DNA of 64,000 bases. It comes from an uncultured Clostridium sp. (GTDB taxonomy: Bacteria > Bacillota > Clostridia > TANB77 > CAG-508). This document shows, one piece after another, positions 18,842 to 27,484 of this stretch. The translations under genes were made by a program, and so were the position numbers. Each line of letters opens with the position of its first letter. Position 1 is the first letter of the stretch. The stretch covers positions 1,858-65,857 of the forward strand of contig CAMMDS010000006.1 in assembly GCA_946495655.1 (NCBI GenBank), in the 5' to 3' direction. The notes under the pieces were generated by a model. The model did no database searches and was not told the origin of the DNA. It worked only from the letters and a program-made list of their open reading frames with translations.

Positions 18842-20665
18842 TTATTTCAAATAATTATTAAATATATTTCTTACTTTAGGTAAAAGATAATGACTACCTC
18901 CCCTATTTTCTACATTTTCAATCATATTTATTGTTAATAACTGTTCTTCTTTTACATCGCTAACTACGAAAGCATTGAACCATCCAAGTTCTTCTCCTTC
19001 TTCTTCTCCAGCACCTTTAAGTTCTGCAGTTCCTGTTTTTCCAGCAAGAGTTATACCGTTAATTCTAGTTTCATGTCCTGTTCCATTTGGATTTTCAACT
19101 ACTTGGATTAAATCATCTTTTATTTCTTCAGCAGATTCTTCCGAAAAAGCATTTTCTATCCAATACTCTGTTTCTTCTGAATATTCAATATGTGGTTTTA
19201 TCATATTTCCATCATTTACAAATGCCGAATATATAGATGCAACATGTAATGGATTAACTAATATTTTCCCTTGACCATATCCAGAATCTGCAAGATCTAT
19301 TTCTGATGAAAATTCACTATTTTCACCAAATTGAGATTTTGACATTGTGAGTGGAAAATCCATACTTTTATCAAATCCAATTTTTAATAATTGTTCTGCG
19401 AAAGTATTACTTCCAATTTTAAGAGCTGCTTTTGCAAAATATATGTTATCTGAATATATTAATGCATTCCTCAAATTGGCTGTTCCTCCATATGTAGTAA
19501 GAGTTGTAATTCTATAGTCTCCCCAGCTTTCATCTTTTTGCCAACTCAAACCACTAGATTCAAAATTTTCATTAGCTGTGAAGCTATTTGTTGTTAATCC
19601 TACTGCACCTGTAATTGGCTTAAATGATGAACCAGGTGCCCATGTATTTTCATATCTAGCAAACATTGGAGTGTTTTCATCTGAACTTAAATCATTCCAT
19701 TCTTCATCTGTAAATCCAGTAATAAATTTATTTGAATCAAAACTTGGCGTACTTACCATAGCCAAAACTTCACCGTTTTTTGGATTAATTGCTACTGAAA
19801 AACCATTATCTCCATCCAATTCTTCATATATATCTTTTTGTAAATCTATATCAATTGTAGTTCTAATATCTTCTCCGTCTTCCATATCTGTTTCTGCAAT
19901 TGTCTCTATTACTTCTTCATTTTCATTTACTATGTATATACCACTTCCATTTTTGCCTTTTAATCTATCCTCAAATGCAAGTTCAAGTCCTGTTTTTCCT
20001 ATTAAACTACTTTCAGTATATCCTTCTCCTTTATGTGCTTCTAATTCTTCACTACTAATTCCTCTAATGTATCCTACTAAATGAGCAGCTATTTTTCCGT
20101 AAGGGTATTCTCTATTTCCATCTTCATCATTAGTTGCTAATATTTTTCCATTTCTATCTAGTATATCCCCTCTTGCTCCTGTATTTGAATAAACTCTTAC
20201 TTTATATTCTTCTTTCAAGCTTGGAATTATTAAATTCGAATACCAATTTAAATAATATTTATTATCTTCTTGTCTATCAAATGTGGCAGTATAATTATAT
20301 GATAAATTTCCTGCTAATGTATCAAATGATAAATTATACGTTACAGCTTTTGTATCCTCATTTACTAAAACATTGCTAATTACAATATTTGTTGCTTCAA
20401 TGCCTTCAAAAATATTTTTATTTCTAGATATATATGTATCATGATCTACACGAGTTTTTGTAGATTCTGATAACAATGAATACATTCCCTCATAATCTTC
20501 ACTACTTAAATAATTTATGTACTGCATTAAAACTTCGTCAGGCTTGTTTTGATCCATATTTGATATAATATACCAAGCCACGCAACCTGCGATTACTATT
20601 AATAGCAACAAAATTATAACTATTATTAATACTTTTCTGGATTTTTTATTTTCTTCATTCTCCAT
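18842..20665 (-). CDS. Class B penicillin-binding protein (transpeptidase) with NTF2-like N-terminal domain
   Basis: N-terminal TM helix, then SSFKP (SxxK), YSDN (SxN) and KTGTA (KTG). Start set to ATG 20665, 7 nt after aaggag. Confidence 0.8.
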   Translation of the reverse strand: MENEENKKSRKVLIIVIILLLLIVIAGCVAWYIISNMDQNKPDEVLMQYINYLSSEDYEGMYSLLSESTKTRVDHDTYISRNKNIFEGIEATNIVISNVLVNEDTKAVTYNLSFDTLAGNLSYNYTATFDRQEDNKYYLNWYSNLIIPSLKEEYKVRVYSNTGARGDILDRNGKILATNDEDGNREYPYGKIAAHLVGYIRGISSEELEAHKGEGYTESSLIGKTGLELAFEDRLKGKNGSGIYIVNENEEVIETIAETDMEDGEDIRTTIDIDLQKDIYEELDGDNGFSVAINPKNGEVLAMVSTPSFDSNKFITGFTDEEWNDLSSDENTPMFARYENTWAPGSSFKPITGAVGLTTNSFTANENFESSGLSWQKDESWGDYRITTLTTYGGTANLRNALIYSDNIYFAKAALKIGSNTFAEQLLKIGFDKSMDFPLTMSKSQFGENSEFSSEIDLADSGYGQGKILVNPLHVASIYSAFVNDGNMIKPHIEYSEETEYWIENAFSEESAEEIKDDLIQVVENPNGTGHETRINGITLAGKTGTAELKGAGEEEGEELGWFNAFVVSDVKEEQLLTINMIENVENRGGSHYLLPKVRNIFNNYLK

Positions 20666-20678
20666 AATTAATCTCCTT

Positions 20679-21809
20679 TTATTCAAATATATAACTATTT
20701 AATTTTGAACTTATGTTATCTAATCTATTATTTAATTTATTAATACATCTATTAATAATAGGAATTTTCTTTATTCCATAACATATACCTCTTATTATTA
20801 AATCTATTAATAAGCAAGCGATAAATACAGAAATTATCATAAGTACAATATATGGTAACATTAACCAAGAATCAGCATAATTCATAATTCCCATTTTTAG
20901 CCACATTATATCTCTTATGTTTATACTTTGATGTATTAAATATATAGAAAACATAGAAGGTGAAATTATTGTAATTAATTTCGTCATGAATTTTGATTTT
21001 ATTGTAATCGTTTTAAATTTCATAAATATAAGTATGGTCATTATAATTACTAAAATGCAATTATATTCTCTAATTCCTATAAGTACAGTTTTTATTTTTG
21101 AATAGAAAATATTGTTGTCAATTGAAAGAGAAATTATATATATTACTATATATAACAGAGCTGTAATTGCTGTAAATAAAATATATTTAACAAAATATTT
21201 TTGATTAGGTTTTATTGAAACATATTTTCTTATATATGCGCCAATCATATACATTAATGTAAATGGTAAAATCCCTCCTGAAAATATACCTGCAGGATTA
21301 AATAATACTCTTATTATGCCTACCATAATAGTTAAAGTTATTAATAGATATTTAAATTGTTTTTGATTTAGCTTATTTACAACAATGTTAATAATAGGTT
21401 GTAAAAAGTAGAATGCTATATAAGCAGTAATAAACCAATATTCTCCTGATAGAATAGGAAATATCGAATCAAAAACTACTGTCCTCATGTTTAAAAGATT
21501 GCAAATAATAAATATTGCCCAAGAATAAAAGATTGTTTTTCCCCACAAAGTTAATATTCTTTTTAGATTAAATTTCTTGTTAATTGAATAATAACCAGTA
21601 ATTATTAGAAAAATTGCGTTGGCGGTTAAAGAAAACGTATTTAACAACGTTATTAATACCGTATTGTATACATTAATGTATGGATTTTCTAACAACTTTC
21701 CATTTCCTAAACAGTGTAATGTAACTACCATTAACATCGCTACAATTCTTAATAACTCTATATTTAATTCTCTATTTGTTTCTTTTTTTATTACATTTGC
21801 TTGTTCCAT
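20679..21809 (-). CDS. Acyltransferase-3 family membrane O-acyltransferase
   Basis: NIELLRIVAMLMVVTLHCLG N-terminal signature and about 10 TM helices. Confidence 0.7.
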   Translation of the reverse strand: MEQANVIKKETNRELNIELLRIVAMLMVVTLHCLGNGKLLENPYINVYNTVLITLLNTFSLTANAIFLIITGYYSINKKFNLKRILTLWGKTIFYSWAIFIICNLLNMRTVVFDSIFPILSGEYWFITAYIAFYFLQPIINIVVNKLNQKQFKYLLITLTIMVGIIRVLFNPAGIFSGGILPFTLMYMIGAYIRKYVSIKPNQKYFVKYILFTAITALLYIVIYIISLSIDNNIFYSKIKTVLIGIREYNCILVIIMTILIFMKFKTITIKSKFMTKLITIISPSMFSIYLIHQSINIRDIMWLKMGIMNYADSWLMLPYIVLMIISVFIACLLIDLIIRGICYGIKKIPIINRCINKLNNRLDNISSKLNSYIFE

Positions 21810-21920
21810 GTTTGTATTTATCCTTTCATATTAAACTGCATTTATAATTTAATATATGTTTCATATTTGAATTTAAGCATTAAATAGTTAATTCTACTTA
21901 ATGCTTAAACCAGATTAGAT

Positions 21921-23114
21921 TTATTTAATTACTAAGTCTCTTGTTTCTCTTGCAATCATTAATTCCTCATTTGTAGGAACAACATATACTTTTACTTTTG
22001 AATCTGGTGTAGAAATCTCAACTTCTTTTCCTCTATAATTATTCTTTTCTTCATCAATTTTTACGCCTAAGAATCCTAAATAATCACAAATTTCTTTTCT
22101 TACAGCTATACCATTTTCTCCAATGCCTGCTTCAAATGTTATTACATCTACTCCATTCATTTGAGCTGCAAATCTTCCTATATAGCCTGCGACTTGGTAT
22201 ACAAAGTTATCTATAGCAAGTCTAGCTCTTTTATTTCCTTGTTCTGCTGCAGCTTCTATATCTCTATCATCAATACTAACACCAGATAATCCTAATTTAC
22301 CTGATTTTTTATTAAGTATTGTGTTCATTTCCTCTGGAGATATATTTTCTTTTTCCATTAAAAATGTTACCACTGATGGATCAATATCACCTGATCTAGA
22401 TCCCATAGGGACACCTGCAAGTGGTGTTAATCCCATAGAGGTGTCAACTGATTTGCCATCTTTTACAGCACATAAACTAGCACCTTGACCTAAATGACAA
22501 GAAATTATTTTTAAATCTTCGATAGGTTTATTCATGATTTCAGCAACTCTTTGAGATACAAATTTATGAGATGTACCATGAGCACCATATTTACGAATTT
22601 TATATTTTTCATAATATTCATATGGTATTGCATACATATATGCTTTTTCAGGAATAGTTTGATGAAATGCTGTATCAAATACAACTACATTTGGCTTTCC
22701 TGGTAAAGCTTTTTGACATGCATAAATTCCTTGCAAATGAGCTGGATTATGTAATGGTGCAAACTGAATCGCATCTTCTATTCCCTTTACAACTTCATCA
22801 TCTACTAAAACAGACTTAGTAAATCTCTCTCCTCCATGAACTATTCTATGGCCTATAGCGTCTATCTCATCTAAGCTTGATATTACTCCATAATCTTTAT
22901 GTAATAATTGTTCAATAACAAGTTCCATTCCATCTGCATGGTTTTTTATATCCTTCTCTATTTTATATTTATCTTCTCCTACTCTATGAGTTAAGAAAGA
23001 ACCTTCTATTCCTATTCTTTCTAAATACCCTTTTGCCATTACTTCTTCTGTTTCCATATCAATTAATTGATATTTTAATGATGAACTTCCACAGTTTACT
23101 ACTAATACTTTCAT
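21921..23114 (-). CDS. ackA: Acetate kinase
   Basis: MKVLVVNCGSSSLKYQL, HRIVHGG, AFHQT, ITFEAGIGEN, and adjacency to pta. Confidence 0.95.
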   Translation of the reverse strand: MKVLVVNCGSSSLKYQLIDMETEEVMAKGYLERIGIEGSFLTHRVGEDKYKIEKDIKNHADGMELVIEQLLHKDYGVISSLDEIDAIGHRIVHGGERFTKSVLVDDEVVKGIEDAIQFAPLHNPAHLQGIYACQKALPGKPNVVVFDTAFHQTIPEKAYMYAIPYEYYEKYKIRKYGAHGTSHKFVSQRVAEIMNKPIEDLKIISCHLGQGASLCAVKDGKSVDTSMGLTPLAGVPMGSRSGDIDPSVVTFLMEKENISPEEMNTILNKKSGKLGLSGVSIDDRDIEAAAEQGNKRARLAIDNFVYQVAGYIGRFAAQMNGVDVITFEAGIGENGIAVRKEICDYLGFLGVKIDEEKNNYRGKEVEISTPDSKVKVYVVPTNEELMIARETRDLVIK

Positions 23115-23197
23115 TATATAACCTCCTAAAATTTAATTACTAATTTTACTTAAAACATGTAAAAACATATAAAATTAGAATAATATTAATTAATTTA

Positions 23198-24199
23198 TTA
23201 ATCCATACTATTTGCTTGAACAGCTGTTATAGCTACAACTCCAGCTATATCATCACTATTACATCCTCTAGACAAGTCATTAACAGGTTTTGCAATTCCT
23301 TGGCAAAGAGGACCATAAGCTTCTGCTTTTCCAAGTCTTTGTACTAATTTATATCCAATATTTCCAGCATCTAAGTTTGGGAATATCAATGTATTTGCTT
23401 CTCCTTTTACTGGGCTTCCTGGTGCTTTACTTGCTGCAATTTCCGGAATTATAGCAGCATCTAATTGAAGCTCTCCATCGCATATTAAATCAGGCATTTT
23501 TTCTTTTAATAATTTAGTACCTTCAATAACCTTTTCTGTTAATTCTGAATGCGCACTTCCATATGTAGAATATGATAACATTGCAACCTTTGATTCTTTT
23601 CCTGTTAATTGCTCAAAACTCTTACTTGATGATATAGCTATTTCTGATAACTCTTCAGGAGTAGGATTTTCGACTAATCCGCTATCACCAAATACAAATA
23701 TACCATTTTCTCCATATTCGCAATTTGGAACCACCATTAAGAAAAATGCTGAAACAAGCTTTGTTCCAGGTGCAGTTTTTAAAATTTGAAGTGCTGGTCT
23801 TAACGTGTTTGCTGTAGAATGACAAGCACCAGACACCAAACCATCTGCATCACCTTGTTTTACCATCATTGTACCAAAATACATATTATCTTTTACCATT
23901 TCTCTTGCTTTTTCAATTGTAATTCCTTTAGCTTTTCTTAATTCATAAAATGCATTTACATATTCTTCAAATTTTTCAGATGTCTCTGGATCTATAATTT
24001 TTATACCAGATATATCAATATTATTTTCTTCAGCTAATTTCTTAGCATCTTCTTCTTTGCCTATAAGTATAATATTGGCAAATCCTTCTTCTTTAACCTT
24101 TTGTGCTGCTTTTAATACTCTTTTATCTTCACTTTCTGTTAATATTATTGTTTTAATATTTTGTTTCGCTTTATTTTTTATTTCATTTATAAATGACAT
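23198..24199 (-). CDS. pta: Phosphate acetyltransferase
   Basis: 333-aa PTA_PTB domain with LTESEDKRVLKAA, ADGLVSGA and SRGCNSDDI. Confidence 0.9.
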   Translation of the reverse strand: MSFINEIKNKAKQNIKTIILTESEDKRVLKAAQKVKEEGFANIILIGKEEDAKKLAEENNIDISGIKIIDPETSEKFEEYVNAFYELRKAKGITIEKAREMVKDNMYFGTMMVKQGDADGLVSGACHSTANTLRPALQILKTAPGTKLVSAFFLMVVPNCEYGENGIFVFGDSGLVENPTPEELSEIAISSSKSFEQLTGKESKVAMLSYSTYGSAHSELTEKVIEGTKLLKEKMPDLICDGELQLDAAIIPEIAASKAPGSPVKGEANTLIFPNLDAGNIGYKLVQRLGKAEAYGPLCQGIAKPVNDLSRGCNSDDIAGVVAITAVQANSMD

Positions 24200-24282
24200 T
24201 AAAAAGTACCTCCCTAAAATAACAAAATAATACCTATATTATATATGTTATTTTAGAAAAGTACAAGTATTTTTTGCGAAAA

Positions 24283-24313
24283 TGAGAAATTGGGGACAGA
24301 CCCCAATTTCTCA
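24283..24313. repeat. 31-nt palindromic hairpin (copy 1 of 2), terminator position after gerQ
   Basis: tgagaaattgggg-acaga-ccccaatttctca, abutting the gerQ stop. A near-identical copy lies at 63509-63539. Confidence 0.8.
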
Positions 24314-24718
24314 TTAATAATATCTGTAATTATTTCCTGCATTAGGAATAGTTTGATTATTCATGCTACTTAAATAATTATTATTCTGATTCATATTGTT
24401 ACTATTATTAAAATCGAATAACATGTTATATGGCAAATTTGAAATTGTTATAAATTTAATTGAATAAATATCAGCATATGTTATGACATCACTTTCTAAA
24501 GCTCTAAGTAAAATGTAACTTGCACCTACGTCTATTAATATTCCAGTTCTATCTACTAAGTTATTTGTTCCTATTAAAAATTCTACTCTCATTAATTTTC
24601 CTATGTTTTCTCTTAAAAAGGCTGGTGTATATATATTATTAGTAAGTATTTCTGGTGAATTTGCATTTATGTTCACGTTTCTATTTTCTTTTGTTTCAAG
24701 TTCTTTATCGTTATCCAC
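24314..24718 (-). CDS. gerQ: Spore coat protein GerQ-like
   Basis: The core FLRENIGKLMRVEFLIGTNNLVDRTGILIDVGASYILLR...YADIYSIKFITI resembles GerQ (YwdL), and it sits next to cwlJ as in Bacillus. Confidence 0.55.
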   Translation of the reverse strand: MDNDKELETKENRNVNINANSPEILTNNIYTPAFLRENIGKLMRVEFLIGTNNLVDRTGILIDVGASYILLRALESDVITYADIYSIKFITISNLPYNMLFDFNNSNNMNQNNNYLSSMNNQTIPNAGNNYRYY

Positions 24719-24811
24719 AGCACATCATCCTTTCTCTATATTAAATTATTTTTTTATTAATAGTTGTTTCAAAATATTATATGAAATAAATATATTATTT
24801 GTTATCATTAA

Positions 24812-25259
24812 TTAAGTATCTGCATAACTACTAGTAGGCCTATAAAAACAATGGTCTCCTAATCTCGTGTGAAATGTACCAGAACCATTTGTTGGAAAAG
24901 TGCTTCCACAATTAGGTCTAAACGGATTTAAATACCATAAGCACTCACCTATTTCATTTAGTTTATTACCAGATAATGCCCAGTCTGCTATTTCATAATG
25001 TACATCAGTTGGATTCATATTATAGATGTTTTGCGGATTGTACTGACCATTTATAGTTTCTCTTACACAATCAAATTGACCTGGTTGAAAAACAATATTT
25101 CGAATATTTCCGCCTTGTGAAACTCTAGCATATTCTCCTTCTGATGCCTGTACTCTATTCATAATAACTGTCGCAACTGCTTTCATTCCGATTGTCTCCT
25201 TCTCCCCCAGCTTCACATTGTATTAGTCTCGCAATTAATTCTCTATCTGAATATGCCAT
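24812..25259 (-). pseudogene. cwlJ: Spore cortex-lytic cell wall hydrolase CwlJ/SleB family, interrupted by a 1-nt insertion
   Basis: The ATG 25259 frame gives MAYSDRELIARLIQCEAGGEGDN..., then shifts. The track ORF continues GMKAVATVIMNRVQ.... The junction is gga gac aat [c] gga atg at about 25190. The joined GGEGDNGM has the same spacing as the CwlJ motif EGEGKQGM. The span is 448 nt (3n+1). Confidence 0.7.
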
Positions 25260-25363
25260 ATAAAACACCTCATGTTATTATATTCATCAATATATCTTTG
25301 GGTGTGAAAATTATTTATAACATTTATTGAATTCTTTCATATTATGTAAAGAGGTGAGGCTTT

Positions 25364-26005
25364 ATGATATTAAACGCCCTTATTTTAGCATTATCTGCAA
25401 GTATAGATTCGCTTGGTGTTGGAATTACTTATGGTCTAAAGAAAACTAAAATATCTATTTCTTCATTTTTTATTCTTTTCATACTTAGTATTATAATTAC
25501 AAGTTTATCTGTTTCCATAGGAAATATTATAACTTTATTTATCTCTACTTATGTAACAAAATTAATTGGTGCTTTTGTTCTATTTGGAATTGGTATATTT
25601 ATAATATATGAGGCTACTTTAAAAAAAGAAAAAAAGACAAAGAAAGCAAAAACAAATCATAGAGAATATAATATATTCATAAAGTTTTTAGGAATAACTA
25701 TAAACATCATAAAAGATCCAATAAACTCAGATATTGATAAATCAAATAGAATTGATATAAAAGAAGCCATATTTTTAGGGCTTGCTATGTCTATTGATTC
25801 TATTAGTATTGGATTTGGTGCTAGTGCAATAGGAATAAACAATGTTATTTTTCCTTTATTAATAAGCTTTTTCCAAATCATATTTTTAAGTATTGGAAGA
25901 ATTATAGGAAATAACATAAGTGATGTTTCCAAGTTACCTAAAAATATTTGGAGTATTATTTCAGGAATATTACTTATTTGTATAGGAATATCTAAACTAA
26001 TTTAA
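25364..26005 (+). CDS. ytaF: YtaF-like sporulation membrane protein / MntP (DUF204) family
   Basis: Two DUF204-like halves (ALSASIDSLGVGITYG and GLAMSIDSISIGFGAS), about 6 TM helices, 213 aa. Confidence 0.55.
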   Translation: MILNALILALSASIDSLGVGITYGLKKTKISISSFFILFILSIIITSLSVSIGNIITLFISTYVTKLIGAFVLFGIGIFIIYEATLKKEKKTKKAKTNHREYNIFIKFLGITINIIKDPINSDIDKSNRIDIKEAIFLGLAMSIDSISIGFGASAIGINNVIFPLLISFFQIIFLSIGRIIGNNISDVSKLPKNIWSIISGILLICIGISKLI

Positions 26006-26248
26006 ATAAGAAAATAAGCCGATTACTTTTATGAAGTGCACCCAAAATGTTAGATATTTTATCTAATCTTTTGGATACACTTTATTATCAAAATTCACTT
26101 ATTTTTCATTTAAAATATTGATATTTTATAGTTTGACCCTAAATATTGTTTTTCGTGTCTAATTGTATACAGCTTTTATAGTACCTTTAGATTTTTTATT
26201 TCTACACTAGATTTTTTTCTCACTTTACTGTATAATATATTTGTATAT

Positions 26249-26334
26249 GCGAGTATGCTGGAACTGGCAGACAGGCACGTTTGAGGGGCGTGTGTCTAAA
26301 AGACGTATGGGTTCAAGTCCCATTACTCGCACCA
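26249..26334 (+). tRNA. tRNA-Leu, anticodon GAG, long variable arm, encoded CCA
   Basis: Acceptor gcgagta/tactcgc. Anticodon arm cacgt-ttGAGgg-gcgtg. Variable arm tgtctaaaagacgta. T arm atggg-ttcaagt-cccat, then a-cca. A tataat lies at 26231-26236. Confidence 0.9.
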
Positions 26335-26351
26335 AAACATGGAGATACTTT

Positions 26352-27236
26352 ATGAGATTAATATATAAAATAAAAGAGAATGAAAATTATATAAATGTAA
26401 AAGAATTACTAAAAGCCTATTTCAACATTTCTGATAGGCTTTTACTTAAGTTAAAGAAGAATAAAAAAATATTAATTAATGGAATCAGTTCAAATATTAA
26501 TTCTAAACTTTCTACTAATGATATTGTAGAAGTTTTAATTGATTTTGAAGAAGACAACTCTAATATAATACCAACAAAAATGGATTTAGATATTATTTAT
26601 GAAGATGATGCATATATAGTTATAAATAAACCAGCAGGAATTCCTATTCATCCTTCAATGGATCATTTTACAGATAGTTTATCAAATGGTGTAAGATATT
26701 ACTTTGATCAAATAAAATTGAAGAAAAAAATTCGACCTGTAAATAGGTTGGATAAAAATACATCTGGATTAGTTATATTTGCTAAAAACGAATATATCCA
26801 AGAGTCTCTTGTAAAGCAAATGAAATCAAATATATTCTATAAAGAATATATCGCTATTTGTGAAGGTGAATTTGAAAAAGAAAGTGGAATTATAAATGCC
26901 CCTATTGCAAGAAAAGAAAATAGCATAATTGAAAGATGTGTCAGTAAATCTGGTGATAATGCAATAACTGAATATGAAGTTATCAAATATAATCAAGAAA
27001 AAGATTACTCTATTGTTAAATGTATTCTAAAAACAGGACGAACACATCAAATTAGAGTTCATATGAGTTATATTGGTCATCCTATACTTGGAGATACACT
27101 GTACGGAAATTCTTCTAAATTAATTGATAGACAAGCTCTTCATTCATATAGAATAGAATTTATTCATCCAATAATCCAAAGAAAAGTTTCATATGTAGCA
27201 AAATTATATAATGATATGAATAATTTAATAATATAA
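26352..27236 (+). CDS. RluA/RluD-family pseudouridine synthase
   Basis: S4-like N-terminus, catalytic RPVNRLDKNTSGLVIFAK, and RTHQIRVHMSYIGHPILGD. Start ATG 26352 follows a ggag. The track's upstream extension reads through the tRNA. Confidence 0.85.
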   Translation: MRLIYKIKENENYINVKELLKAYFNISDRLLLKLKKNKKILINGISSNINSKLSTNDIVEVLIDFEEDNSNIIPTKMDLDIIYEDDAYIVINKPAGIPIHPSMDHFTDSLSNGVRYYFDQIKLKKKIRPVNRLDKNTSGLVIFAKNEYIQESLVKQMKSNIFYKEYIAICEGEFEKESGIINAPIARKENSIIERCVSKSGDNAITEYEVIKYNQEKDYSIVKCILKTGRTHQIRVHMSYIGHPILGDTLYGNSSKLIDRQALHSYRIEFIHPIIQRKVSYVAKLYNDMNNLII

Positions 27237-27384
27237 ATTAGTAAAGAACTATAGAAAGTTAATTCAAATCTATAGTTCTTTTACTCGAAATCTTTGATTT
27301 TGTTAGTATCCCATTTTCTTATTGTATAGGAAAAATCGACTTTTCTCTTGATATTTCAGTATCTTTAGCGATTTTTCCGTATAC

Positions 27385-27484
27385 AACAAGGTTAGGTTTC
27401 CTTGGACTGTGCATATTCGCGAAGCGAAATGCACATGTGTGCGTCGAAAGCTTTGCTTTCGCTAACGCACACCTTTCTTATATA
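27385..27484 (+). repeat. Structured intergenic repeat, copy A (three hairpins, terminator-like 3' end)
   Basis: 55 nt (27385-27439) match 35649-35703 with 3 mismatches. A GC hairpin follows (gtgtgcgt...acgcacac), then tttcttatata, which is shared with copy B. Overlaps the last codons of the ATPase gene on the other strand. Confidence 0.8.

Noticed and set aside
19578-20084. Long antisense ORFs opposite conserved genes. This one is an example. Others are 1250-1516, 3830-4135, 27736-28200, 30430-30882, 54313-54723, 56824-57273, 58323-58823 and 63156-63497.
   Set aside because: Each lies fully inside a well-supported gene on the other strand, is Ser/Phe/Leu/Ile-rich, and lacks an RBS. These are shadow ORFs.
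26241-26351. N-terminal 37 codons of the 331-aa track ORF (MYMRVCWNWQTGTFEGRV...)
   Set aside because: This stretch is the tRNA-Leu gene read as protein. The pseudouridine synthase starts at ATG 26352, which has its own ggag RBS.
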